In this document: positions 13,231 through 26,059 of the stretch, one piece after another
Layout: the number at the start of each line of letters is the position of its first letter
Position numbering within the stretch: position 1 is the first letter of the stretch
Assembly (NCBI RefSeq): GCF_036321535.1
Contig: NC_087437.1
Coordinates: forward strand, 73,844,001-73,908,000
DNA: 64,000 nucleotides
DNA from: Camelus dromedarius
Taxonomy: Eukaryota
Direction: 5' to 3'
The notes under the pieces: model-generated
Database searches by the model: none
What the model saw: only the letters and a program-made list of their open reading frames with translations
Told to the model about the DNA's origin: nothing
Program-made: the position numbers and the translations under genes

Positions 13231-13499
13231 GAAGTAGAATGCTGTGTGTTAAAAGCTTCCCTTTCTAGTGGAGAAAGACGTTTAAGAGTCACATGGTTCA
13301 ATATATTGACGTCTACTTAATTTCTTTGTTTCCTTTCAATGCGTCAACTCAGCTTGTCAATTTGCCTAATGATTTTCAGTCCACAGCCATTCAGAACGAA
13401 ATTCTGTAGAAAATAGACTCATGATCATCATCCTGGAAAAGAGTGGGTATTTCTTCTAATTATTCAGGTTTGGAGGGTAGGACCTTTGGAGCCCATCAT

Positions 13500-13790
13500 T
13501 CTGTGTAAAATGTTTTGTGTGAACCTAATTTTTCATTTGTCTGGGATATATTCCCAGGAGGGCAATTTCTGGGCACACGTTGAGTGATTGTTCAGTATTT
13601 TAAAAACTGCCAATTATTTTCAGAGTGGCTGCACCAATTTACATTCCCACCAGGGATAAATGTGAGATTCGGTGTTTCCCCATCCTCACCAACTTTTTGT
13701 ATTGTCACTCTTAAAAATTTAACTGTTTTAATATGTATGGAATGACATCTCATCATAGTTTTACTGTTCTCTTCTCTAATAACCAGTGAT
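13500..13790 (-). mobile_element. L1M ORF2 3' fragment, antisense
   Basis: ttttcagagtggctgcaccaatttacattcccaccag...ccccatcctcaccaac...catctcatcatagtttt. Confidence 0.85.
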
Positions 13791-15070
13791 ATATATTGCT
13801 GTTAACATTTTACCAGTTCAAGTAAAGCACAGAGACCTTACCACACTTTTGTATCCAGTTACCTTTTCCCCTTTATATTGCAATTGTCTTAAATATGTCC
13901 TCTACATGCATTAGAAACCACAACAGACAGTGTTAAAAATTCTACTTTATCCACCTAACAATTTAGAAAACTCAGCCTGAAGGTAATATATTACATTTAC
14001 TCATATTTCTATTATTTCCATTGTTCTTTCTTCGTATCTGATGCTACAAGTTTCCTTTATTTATCTCTTTATTTTGTTTGAAGAGTTCCTTTTAGACATT
14101 ATTGTAAGATAAGCCTGCTGATATTAAATTCTCCTCGATTTTCTTCATCTGAGAATGTCTTGATTTCACTTTCATTTCTGAAGGTTGTTTTTGCTGGTCC
14201 TGGAATTCTGCATTGACTTCTTTTCTTTCCGCAATGAAAATGTGCTATTTCTTTCTGGCCTCCATGGTTGCTGTGAGAAACTGGCTGACATTTGAAGTGT
14301 TGTTCCTCTAAAGATAACGCATCATTTTTTCCTGGGTGCTTTCAAGGTATTTTCTTTGCCTTTAATCTTCAGAAGTTTGGTTTCTGTTGTTCTTCTTGGT
14401 TTATTTGGGTTTATCCTACTTGGGTTTTTTTCCAGCTTCTTGAATCTGTAAGTGTATGTCTTTTTTGCCAAAGTTTGAATTCATGAGCCATTATTTCTTG
14501 AATACAGTTTAAAAATTAAGACTTTATTTTTTCTTAGAAAAGTTTTCAATTCATAGCAAAATTGAGGGAATACGAATACTTTTCAAGCTCCACTTTCTTC
14601 CTCCTTTCCTTCCAGGACTCTGATAACACAAATGTAAGGTTTTTTTTGTTATAGTCCCATAGGTCCCTGGGACCCTAATTCAGCTCCCCAGGAGCCCCAT
14701 TGACTCTGCAGGATTGGAAGAAGTTTTTCCCTTGGTGTTTAGTTGGATTAGGGTGGATTATTAAAGATGGTTAGAGGGTGTAGCCTTTTCTTTGGGCCTT
14801 TCCCCTTGTCTGTGCCTGTTGGCAGTTCCAAGTCGTAGGTTCCTCCACTGCTCCATCCAGGATATGTAACAGGCAAAAAGAAAACTCAAGGAACTCATTA
14901 CCATCATCACCATGTTGCTCTTCAAGTCCTATAACTCTTCCCTAGTCCATCTTCTTTTAACTTTCAGACTCTTTCTGTGTACTTACTGTACCACGCCCAG
15001 GGTCTTTTGGTTGTGTGAAGGAAGACTAGCCAAGAATGAACTATCCCATCCTGGTAGAAACCAGGAGTCC
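13790..15070 (-). mobile_element. L1MC/MD-type inter-ORF, ORF1 and 5' fragments, antisense
   Basis: ctgagaatgtcttgatttcactttcatttctgaagg...ttctggcctccatggttgctgtgagaaa is typical antisense L1 ORF1. Confidence 0.75.
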
Positions 15071-15129
15071 TGGCATTTATCTTTAAGTTTATTTTATAAC
15101 GTTACTCCATTCAGTTGTAATGCTGAATT

Positions 15130-15330
15130 GTGTCATCCATCCGTACATAGACCCATCCACCCATTCATCCATTTATTCTTCCATCATACCATCCTTTTAT
15201 CCACAATACATCTAGTTTGTGTGGAGTAGGTGTGAGGTACTATTGTGGAGGCACCTGGGGCATGGGATGGGACACATGACTTTCAAGACTAAGCCTCTGG
15301 ATGAGTCCACACTTTAATATAGGAGGATCA
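15130..15330 (-). mobile_element. L2 3' end fragment
   Basis: (CATC/CATT)-rich tail followed by tgtgaggtactattgtggaggcacctgggg. Confidence 0.5.
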
Positions 15331-16459
15331 TTGAAAAACTCTATTATGTTCCACACACGAGAAAAAAAGTCAAATCATTTTTGGATTTTTTTATATGCAT
15401 AACATTTGTATAAACAAGCAACAAGCATTTTCTTAAAAGGGAAAACTATTTGTGAAATATAAATATGTACACAAAGGATTGATGTGAAAGATACAAAGGA
15501 CTTCCACTCAACTGGTTTCGGTGATGGTGATAAAGTAGATGCGCTAAGTCATCTCTTGGTAACAGATTGCCACCTGAGTCGCCCCTTATCTCACTCTCCA
15601 CCTCCAGCCCTGGGAGCGTATTTTGCAGTTCTCTGAAAGTTCTGAATCACCTGGGTACTCTGGCAGTGAGGACTGCAATCCATGAATAGCATTCACAAAA
15701 TGATCTGTTTACAGTTGATCTTGAACATTTCATTTTCTTCACTAGTGGGTTTTCTGTTGCAGCCTTGGAGTCTCCCAAAGCATGGAACACAGAGGAATCA
15801 CAGTCCTTTCTGTACTCCAGTGACAGCTGCCACGAGTCACAGACAATTACAAACTCTCAGGTCAGATATACTAAGCCAACCAGAATGTCATAAATTGCAT
15901 GTGTGAATTGCCCAGGGGCCTCTGGCTAAGTCTGCAGCAGAGCTGAAAATAAAACTGGCTCTTTCCGTACATCTGCCTTGCTTTTCTGAATCAAAGTTCC
16001 AGTGCACTATTCTTTCATTGTCCTGGGTATCTCCCTTTGCTATTCTCTTCAGCTGTCTCCCCTAATCTTCTCCGCAGCCTCAGTAACAATTTCCATTTTT
16101 TCCTGGCCTTATTAACAGGTGGTACCAAAGAGATTATATGTGTCATTATGCCATGAAAACTGATGTCTTCTTAACTTGGTCTCGCTCCTATTAATATGCT
16201 GCTAATACACATACACACACATGCATCCTTTTTCCTCAGTATTTTTTGGTATGCGTTATGATAAAATCTTACCCTTGTGTGTGTTCTGAAGAGGCTTGTT
16301 CTCTAAAGGTGGTCCTTAAATTGTTCTATGATAAATAGTTTACCTACTACAGCTCTTGGAGATTTAGTGCATAGCAAAGAAATAGTACTCAGTACTATTT
16401 AATTTTTTTACTTTGCTTTACCCTGTTTTTCAAACTTACCCACCAAAACAAATTTTTAA

Positions 16460-17115
16460 ATTATTTAAACAATGATTTCTTATGAAAATCATAAGATTTC
16501 ATACAGCATAGTGCTCCAGTCTCAAGTTTACAGTTAGTCTAGCTTTGACAAATGCAAACATCTATGTGAACCGTATATCCCCATCAAGATATAAAATATT
16601 CCATCACTGAAGACAGTTTCCTCTGCTCCCCAGTCTTGGAGAGTCCTGATGAATCCATAAATCTGTGTTCTGCCATTGTATATTATTTTTACCTTTTTTC
16701 ATACAAGTGGAATCATACATACACCCTCTTCTGTGTCTAGCTTCTTTTGGTCAGCATACTGTTTTTGAGATTCAGTCAATTCATATATTTTTAGTAGTGT
16801 CATCCTTTCCATTTCTCAGTAGTATTTTATTGTATAGCTCAGTTTGCTTATTCATTCTTCTTTTGATGGATACAAAGATTGTTTCTACCTTCTGGCTACT
16901 GTGAACAAATCTGTTATGAGTGTTTTTGTACAAGCCTTCTGTAGACATACATTTTCTTTTGGATGAATCCCTAGGAAAAGGTTTTGTGGGCCAGAGGATA
17001 AATGTGAGTTTAACTTTTTACAATAAAAAAGTTTAATTTTTTTACAAACTTCAAATTTGTTATTCACATTGGTAGTAGCATTTTATACTCCCACAGAAAT
17101 GTGTGAGGATTTCTG
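16460..17115 (-). mobile_element. L1ME 3' end, antisense
   Basis: tttgacaaatgc...atcaagatataaaatattccatcac...aagtggaatcatacatac...gtttttgagattc...ctggctactgtgaacaaatctgttatgag. Confidence 0.85.
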
Positions 17116-18947
17116 ACCATAAGAAAATTTTATATTTTTTTGGTCAAATACCTGGTAACAGGCTGAAGTATACAATGTGAAATGCTGAGACTATAGAAAT
17201 GGGTATGGTCAGAAGACATGGGAAATAGAAAAATAGCATACTTTTGTGAGGGCTGATTCAGAGAAATTCAGCTCTATTTCCTGAATTTGTTACATCCATG
17301 ACGCAAAGTTTTTTAGGGTGTAACTGATCTCTGGTGGCTGAGAGATTTTAGGTATTTTTTCATATTTCTAGAGAGTTTCACTGCAAAATGTTCTTCAGTT
17401 AAGTTATAAAAACTGTTGAAAAAATCCTAGCCTGGTTTATTCCTGTATAGAATTGGTAGTTAATTCTGGAAATTCATATTTCTCTTCTATATTAAAGTAG
17501 CAGGTATTGAATAACAATAAGAGATTGAAAACTGAAAGTAGAAAATTTTTATTTTTCTGTAAATTGAAACTCCATGATTTTCTTTTAATGCTTTCTAAAC
17601 ATTATTTAAATCTAGAGTATTTGCCTTGTACCTTGGCTAATAGCATGTGAGGCAGCTCTAGCAAAACATTTTAAAAACATATATGCTTTGGAAGGTCATT
17701 CATTTATGATAAATAACCACATATTTATGTTTTAAATGAGAGAATGTCTGGTTACTCACAGAATAAGATATGGGTAGACTGAAGATGGGACTATTGATTT
17801 TTTTTTTTTTTTTTTTGGTTTAGTAGACAGAATAAGAATGTGATGACTCACAGCTACTGAGTCACTCAGATCCACTTTGCTTGATTTCTAAAATCTCAAA
17901 ATTCTATGATGTATTCTCATATATATATTCATAAGTGAATGCAATGGTAAGGGTAGGAAAAAGTTTTAAAACTTCTAGCCAAAAACTTTCATCTGATGCT
18001 TAAATTTACTCCAAATCATTTTCTCTGGTTGTTGTTTACCTTCAACAGTAGAAAGATTTGCTTTATTGGACATGGAGAAGGTCTAGGGAGTATGTATTTA
18101 TGGACCAGAAATGGGTTTTGTCATTCATTTCTCACTCATATCAATTACGCTTCCTTTTTAAATTTCAACACAAAAGAGAACAAGGAGACTGTGTGATGAC
18201 GAAAGGCACACTTCTTACCTGGTACTAATGCTCATAAAAAAAGGGGAAGCTGTATGATGCTTTTCAAAGCAGAAAGCACAGATTAATACAGCTGGGCAGC
18301 ACCATGGTGTCTGCACCTAAGGACCACAAGACTGCAGCCACCAAAGTGGCTCCTTTCTGGGACCCCTTAATGTGTGGCAGTCATCAGCAAAGTCTCACTG
18401 ACTTCATACTACACTTACTGCTGATCAGCTACAGACCACTCTCTAGTTCTCAGACACTGCATCACTGCCATTGTTTTACTTTGTTATTATTTTAATTTTT
18501 TTTGTTGAGAAGTATGTTCTCCTTGGAGACAACAAGTGGTTATTTTAGGAATCACGATTTTAATCTACTCTCTCCAACCCAAACTAATACTACGCCAAAT
18601 AAATGCATTTTCTTTTTAAAGTGAGTCTTATTTTAAAGAAAAATGATGTGGGTGTCAGAGAGTAGGAGGCTGTCTGACTGAGAATTTTTCCCTAAGTGTT
18701 TTTGTTAATAAAATCAGAATTCCTCTTTTTCTGGATAGAGTAACCACTCATTGCTAAAATTACCCTGAGCCTTTTATTATCTTATACACATTAGGTTGCT
18801 TTGGAAGGGACAGAAGGGTGAAGAAGGCATGAAAGCAAAAGCCAGAGGTGACAGGTAGCTATTTGGTTCCAGCTGAGCTTTGCTTATGTAGGGTGGTCTG
18901 GGATATACTGGAGCCCACTGTGGGCATGCATCAGCCTCTTATGTGAC

Positions 18948-19532
18948 TGTGGTACCCAGAAATATAAAATGCCCCCTGAGATTCTGAGCCCCTGGTGCAT
19001 ATATCCTGTATAATTTCAGGGACTGTGGCTATAATTCATTTCACACTGGTGATTGTTATGTAATATGGTAGAGTTTACTTTAAGAAAGTGAGATTATCCA
19101 GGTGGGAATAACTTGGTCACATGGGTGCTTTAAACACAGAGCATTTTCTCCAGCTGGTCACAGAAGAGAATGTCAGAGACAGCTCTGACTGACCAGGAAA
19201 AAAGCAAACATCCCGGTTGTGAGCTGCCAGTGCAGGCCACGTGGCTGGGAACTGTGGGCAGTCTCTCAGAGCTCAGTGTGGTCCCCAGCTAACAGCCAGA
19301 GGGAAAACGGAGACCTCCACCCTAGAACTCCAAGGAAATGGATTCTGCCAACAACCAGTGAGTCTGGACAGGACTCGGAGCCCCAGACAGCAGCCCCACA
19401 TGACTGACACCTTGCTTTCAGCCCCATTAGACCCTGAGCAGAGAATCCAGCCCCACCAAGCCCAGACCTCTGACCTACAGAAACTGAAATAATAAATTTG
19501 TGTAGTTTTAAGCTGCTGGTAGAAAACTAACA
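18948..19532 (+). mobile_element. MaLR solo LTR (MLT1E-like)
   Basis: TG...CA termini; gagattatccaggtggg, aaggaaatggattctgccaacaacc, tctgacctacagaaactg, AATAAA, ttttaagctgct. Confidence 0.9.
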
Positions 19533-20504
19533 TGATGAGGAACTCAGGATGAGTTGGTTAGTTTTTATTAATTAAGTTGATTCATTTTTATTAATCAAAA
19601 CCTTTATTGAAAGCAAATAACCATAACAAGTGATTTAGACATATTTAAAATTTTAAGCTAAATGCATAAGAGTTTATTAACTTTCTCATTTTTGTTGTAG
19701 GACAAATGAATTCTGCAATTAAAATTTCGGTTGTCTTTTTATATAAATTGCACTTACAATGCTTCCTCTATATTTTCTAGTTTTGTGTTCTTTTAAAGTG
19801 GAGCAAGACCTTAAAGACAGTCACATCCTACTCTTACTACAGAATTATTCTCAACGTTGGGATTCTGCTCTCACCCCTGTCCCCAATCTTTTTAGTTGTC
19901 CGGATCACACCCGATTCCAGAGCAATCACTTAAAGATTTACCTTTATTAAGTCTTTTGAAAGCATTCAACTTAATTATCATCACGCCAGTATTTTTCTCT
20001 GCTGTTATTTCTGCATTTCATATCATATCTAATTAAATTATTTATTTTTAGTAACAAATGAAACTGCTGCAAACATTTTTGGAAACAAACACAGATGACT
20101 GGTATGTATTGAACTTTCAGAAGTACCTATGTGCAGGTACCCTGGCATGTCGTATGGTATTCAACATGCTGTGGCTCTCAGAAAGAAGATGTTACAGAGA
20201 GAATGGAGAATGTTACTTAGCATGTAAACTCTTATATTTGGCAGGTATATGAAGTGGAGGTAGGTTAGAAGACTTTAATAAACACAGATATATAATTATC
20301 AATACCGTTTTTTATTGTTTTATGAAGGTTCATCAAAACTGAAACATAATAATATTAGCCCTCAAGGGCCCAGCTACCCAGAGGCTCCAGATTATTTAAA
20401 CATGAACACAAAATTACTTTGCTGGTACAAAAGTCACTAACACCGTGAGGGTCAAGTGATTATTCATTTGCACCTGCTCTTCTTTCAAGCACAGGTGGGC
20501 ACAG

Positions 20505-20662
20505 ATTTTAATCAGGCTCTCTGGCTCTGTGGTTTGGCTGTTACACAGTCATCCCAAAACTCTCCAAAATGGGGTAATACAACCACCCCCCAGGATCATT
20601 CAGGGGGTGAATGAGATGATCTGAGAAATGCCTGCTGTGTATCAGGTGTTCAACAGATGTTC
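20505..20662 (+). mobile_element. MIR SINE fragment
   Basis: aaaatggggtaatacaaccacc...gaatgagatgat...caggtgttcaacagatgtt. Confidence 0.55.
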
Positions 20663-21989
20663 CTTTCCTGTTTGGACTTAAATGCTATGGTGTTACTGTC
20701 TTTAGTATTCAGTTTGCAAGGTGTGGGCCATAACCACCTGTACTTCCAATTCTTCTCTCCTTGGATGTGTGTATTTACTGGGTGTATATGGGAAGCTATT
20801 TACGAATATCATTAAGCAACTTCTTTTAAGAATTGAGATACAGTCCCTAGAATTAGTACCAACAACCCACAATACAATATCTACCTTGTTCCCAATTTTA
20901 AATGATTATTAACACATCTTCCTAATAATAAAACAATCATAAAATTCAAAACTGGGGAACATTTACCTACCATCTCCCTACCCTGTTACAGTTACTGTTC
21001 CTCTGATCCCTGTTCCATTAGGTTCCTCATTCCCTTACAAAATGGTAATTGTAGTGGGTTTTTTTTTAATCAAACATGATTTTCTCCCCACTTTTCATCA
21101 CACCATGGGGCCGCTTTAATGGTATACACAGCTAGAAAAACTATAGATGAGCTGAGTGTTATTCCTGTTGCTACCGTCAGTCAGTAAGACGTTTCCAACT
21201 CCCCTCCTCCGGACCGTCTCCACTGCTCTTCCTGCTGGGTTTAAAGCACACACTTCTAGAGAGGAATTCTGTGTGACATGCAGAGCAGAGCTGGTACCAA
21301 CAGAAAAACTTGCTCCCTGCTGCTACTGATTTGAAGTCTCCGACAGACCATTTGCTTCCTCTTGAGAGCAGAGCATCCACGTTGGTGTTGGGCAGAGTTA
21401 GTTTTGGGAACTGTGAGGCGAGGTAAAGGCTCTTTCCTCACTAGATGGCTTGCAGGTAGATAATAGAAACAATGGTGAGGTATTCAAGAAGTGGGAAAAT
21501 CAGCACTTTTCAGGGAGGTAGAAAAGATGTGTGTGAAGTGAAAAAGAACTGGGAAGTCAAGGAAGAAAGGCAGATATGGATTAAAATATATAACTGAAAG
21601 ATGACAGCATCTCAAAACCAGTTTTGAATCCTTACTCTTTTTATTCGGTATGTGGTCATTGCACCGTCTACTGACACCCCAAGTGGAGGCTAAGAGTCCC
21701 AGGTCACACCTGTTGCATGGAGTGAGGGTCATGATTTATGTCTGTGTGACCTCTCAGGGCAGGCAGCAGAGACATCAGTTCTATAGAAATGAAACACAAA
21801 TAGACTCCCTGTCTTTGACACACACATACCACCCTAAAATCTTTTATCTGTGAGCTTCAAACATTTGTGTTGGCACCTGTTAGACCAGCTGCAATGTCTT
21901 TCCAATAACATCTTTGCTAATAAAAGATGAACAAAATCGAGCCCGAACTCAGCTGTTTCACAATTTAAGTTTTACTATTTTATTATTTA

Positions 21990-22620
21990 TCCCTATTCCT
22001 TCCGTATTAAAATATGTTTTAAGCATCAAAGACATACTGTTCTCCATTCTTAGAAAAACTAAGACCTCATGGGGCTCAATTTTTAGTTGGAAGAAATAGA
22101 CAATAAAAATTTAAAAGTGAATGTATAATATGTCTAGGGGCGAGGGAGTGCCAAGGTAGAAAGAAGTTGCTCTTTTATATAGCATGGTCAAGAAGAGCCC
22201 TCCTCCTTCATCAAATGTCTCTTGAGTAGACAATTGAAAAAAGTGAGAGGACAAGCCATGGGAATAGCTCTAGGAAGAGCATTTCAGGATGAAGGCTCAG
22301 CGAGTGCAATGACCATGAGCTGGGTGTGTGCTTTGTGTGTGCGTAAGGAACAGTAAGGATGCCAACATGGCTAGAAAGGAAAAAAAGAGCATGGAAGAGA
22401 AGGGCAGGAGACGAAGTTAGAGAAGACCAAGATAATCTATCGTTTATGGAACAAAGTAAAGAGTTTGAATTTTTTTATTCTTATTTTTTAGGTTTTGGAT
22501 TCTTCTCTGGGTGAGATAAGAAACCACTAAAGTTTCTGGCAAAGTGATATGAGCAGACTTAGATTTTCACAGGTAAGTCGAACTGCATGTTGAGACTAGA
22601 AGCTGAGTTGTGCCAGGGTG
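21990..22620 (-). mobile_element. L2 LINE fragment
   Basis: ctcatggggctcaatttttagttgg...ggaagagcatttcagg...aggaacagtaaggatgcc...ttttggattcttctctgggtgagataagaaaccact. Confidence 0.8.
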
Positions 22621-24191
22621 ACCTGTATGCACGAAAGTGAGAGACAAACATCCAGGTGTTTTTCCCAATGTTAAATTGCTGAAAAGAGATCATTTTCAGT
22701 CCTTATAATAAAAATATTAATGGTATATTTTTACATAATAAAGGGCAAAGGAGCTCTAGAAATTAGCCTTGAAAAGTGTATTCCTCTGCAGAGATAAACT
22801 TGCTTTCATTTTTGGTATGTGATTTTCTTACTTCAGTGATAATGAACTTGAAAATTCATAAAAGACTGTGCAAGAGCCTTCTGGGATTAGCTGTTCTCTT
22901 TCTAGCATAAATTTGTGAGAAAATGTAGGTAATGATCTAACAGCAAGGTTTATAGCCAGAATCTTTTCTTGATTCACCCAAATGAATCATTTAAGAAATT
23001 AATAATTAAGAAATAAGGGAGAGGTTTTATGAATTATGCCATGCAAAATATGTAATATGCTAGGGATAGCACTAAAATAAACATGCCTTCTTGTGAATAT
23101 TGGGTATTTTTTAAGTGACTGAAGTAATTGAAGACTGTGTTAGATATACAGCTTTTGAACAAATTTTGACAAGAATGCTTCCACTGTGAAGCATTAAGTT
23201 GAAATATACTAAGATGCCTAGTCCAGCACAGCACATTCTAGAGACCCTGCTCAGAAACCATCGCTGTGGCAATGTGTGGGTGTGTGACTGACACACCACA
23301 CACACACACGTATAAAAAGACACAGACAGTTCCACATGGAAGACTGCAAAAGGCTTTAGGATGTTACCATAAATGCAGACGTCCTCAATTACTCTTGTTC
23401 AGTCATTTCCTTGGGAACCCAACAAGAAACCAATTTCCAAGCCAAACGGAAGGTAAATTCAGTAAATTCCCTGTTACATTGCACAAGAAATACGCTCCTG
23501 TTCACAAGTAAATTTGAATGTTGATTCAGTTGTACCTCATGAGTGTCTTACACTGAGTTTCCTTACCCTGGATCCAGCACTATGCCGAGTGAAGGGTAAA
23601 GTCTGAGAAATACCTACATGCATTGACAATCACTGGAACTTTCTGCACTGACTGTCTGGCAAAGATAATGCCTGATGCTGTGTTGGCTGAGGCACCCACA
23701 ACCACTGCGCTGAGGGTTTTCTTGTCAATCTAGGTCTTGTTGCCTGGACCTGGGAAAAGAGAGCGAAGGAGGTTATCCTGCCTATTTGATGTTGGTGTAT
23801 TTCGAAGAACACACGGAAAGACGGAGGTGCTCAACCCCATCCAGGATGAGTTCAATGCGAAGTGGTGGGGGGCAGGAAGCTACAGCCTGGGAAGAAGTGA
23901 GGGGGACTAGAAGGGATGTGGTGTACTTGAGAAAGCAGCCCACGGTGCTGCAAAGCACTTCACTTTCTTTCTCCCTTCCCTGCCTCTCCATCCCTCTTTC
24001 CCATGGTTAAAACAGAATTTCCTGAAGCTTCACCTGTTTACCTGTTCTTCACTAGTTTTTTCTATTAAGGTGATCCTGTCAACCTTCCAACTAATCTGCT
24101 CCAACTAATCTAATAAACCTATACATGGCAATATGATAAATATGATAAAGCATTTTACGTGTTTTATGTATAAGGTTGTCTCAGATAATGT

Positions 24192-24235
24192 TTATATAAA
24201 TATAAATTCAACCTTATATAAATATAAATTCAACC
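24192..24235. repeat. Perfect 22-bp tandem duplication
   Basis: TTATATAAATATAAATTCAACC twice. Confidence 0.95.
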
Positions 24236-24374
24236 TCTGTGGCTGTGTTTTAACCAAACAAGCGATTCAAATCTGAAACCTCATGGTGAAATGGTTAGGA
24301 GATAGCACTTTTGAAAGTTCTTATTTTGTCTGCAGGTTGCCCTGGCCAATCACAGAATACTTCTAGAAAGATCT

Positions 24375-24920
24375 AAGTGAAAGATTTTAAAATGTAATCG
24401 TTCATATGAATCATCTGGAAAACGACCTAACTATCCACCACGCAAGTATAGAACAATTAAAACAGAATACGCTATTCCTACACTCAGCAGCATGAACGAG
24501 CCTAACATATACAGTGCTGAAGCCTGTCAGTTACAAAACCATACCATATATCCGTTTGTATGATATTTAAGAAAAGGCAACAATAGTGATCTTCTCCCTC
24601 TGAGTGTGTTACTACCTGAAAGGGGGCATGAAATATCCTTCTAAGGGATGGAAATTTATTGTGTCTTGTTCTGAATGGAGGTTATGTGGTTATATCCGTA
24701 TGTATATATCCATCTAGACACACACTTGAGATTTCTGTACTTCACTGTCATACTTCAATTTTAAACATTACTTAGAGCATTTACTAAAGTCGAGACTCCT
24801 GGTCTCTGTCATAGGTATTTTAATTTAGTGGTCTGGTAGTCCCCAGACTCTCTATATTTTTTAATTCCTTCAGACTGTTATGATGTAAGTAGTCTATGGA
24901 CCACATTTTCAAAAACACTG
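24375..24920. mobile_element. MER5-like hAT-Charlie element split by an L1ME 3' fragment (~24420-24765)
   Basis: Left part ...ttcatatgaatcatctgga, right part agcatttactaaag...ctatggaccacattttcaaaaacactg; the middle resembles an L1ME 3' UTR (aaggggcatgaaatatccttct...atacttcaat). Confidence 0.6.
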
Positions 24921-26059
24921 GGCTGAAAGAGTGCCTTTATCTGTCCAGTGAGAACTCCAGGCCAGGGTGGGTTATTGAGCCCTCCTAATTGGATAGCTTG
25001 TGTTAAGATTTACAAGCTTGCACAACTTCAGATCAATTCTTTCTTATTGTGAATCAAACCATAATTCTATTACTAACTTTTTTTTATTCAAGTCAGCAAG
25101 AGAAAAGAATTTGAGGATGGTATGGAATTCTTTAGACTATCTTCTGCCATCTGTCAAAAATCAAATTATGCAGCCCTTATCACCTCTCCATCCTCTACCC
25201 CATCCCCACCTGCAATTGCCATACCCTGTTAGGCATCAAGTTTTGAGCTTAAATCCAATGGATATCATATAATGAGTGAGTTTTTAGTCCATTTATTTAA
25301 AACAATTGGCTTTCATTTATTAACTCTAAACAATGTTGCATTTCAATATGTAACTATATTCCAAAGCTTTTAAAATAACTTTCTTTTGGTTAGAAATCAA
25401 ATATCTGTTTTTCCCCTCACAATTCTCCCAGCAAGTCTCACAGAGACACAATTGTTAAATTAACAAGAATTGAAATTTAAACATGATTATAGCAAAATTT
25501 GTATTGAAGTTTACACAGCACATGAGTTAATTTTCTTCATTTTCAATTTGCTTACAGGTAATTCAACTCAAGATAATATAATCACTCTGCTGAATTCCTT
25601 CGCTGAATGTTAAACATGTTCAGATGGTTGTGCTAAAAAGAAACTTGAGTTTACAGATATTATGGCTAATTTTATTCCGTTAAATCTTCTTTAATCTGTA
25701 GGTTTAAATAAACAGTGTAGGTAAAAAAAAATATTTCAAAACATATAATCTGTATGACTATTCTAAAACTACATTGACTCAAATGGAAATGCATTAAATT
25801 AAAATGTAATGCAAACATGTTGTTGAGAATACAGAATATACTGATAAGCTTAATGGCCCTATTTTTTCACAAAAATTTTAAAGAAGAGAAAATGAGAGGA
25901 AAAGAAAGAGAAAGGAAAGAAAACGAGCACAAGTAATAACGATTTTAAATGTATTAAATTTAGTGTTGAGAGTGTTCAGTTCAATAGACATATTTAGCGG
26001 AATAAGAATAAAGTACCAGATAATTTCAAAGCTAAGACCGAGATTCAGATTTCTGTCAA

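Noticed and set aside
16380..16400. 10-bp inverted repeat AAATAGTACT-C-AGTACTATTT
   Set aside because: Short, AT-rich and isolated, with no associated feature
18304..18495. 63-aa ORF with a strong Kozak context (GCACCATGG)
   Set aside because: No recognisable homology, promoter or splice structure; length within chance expectation
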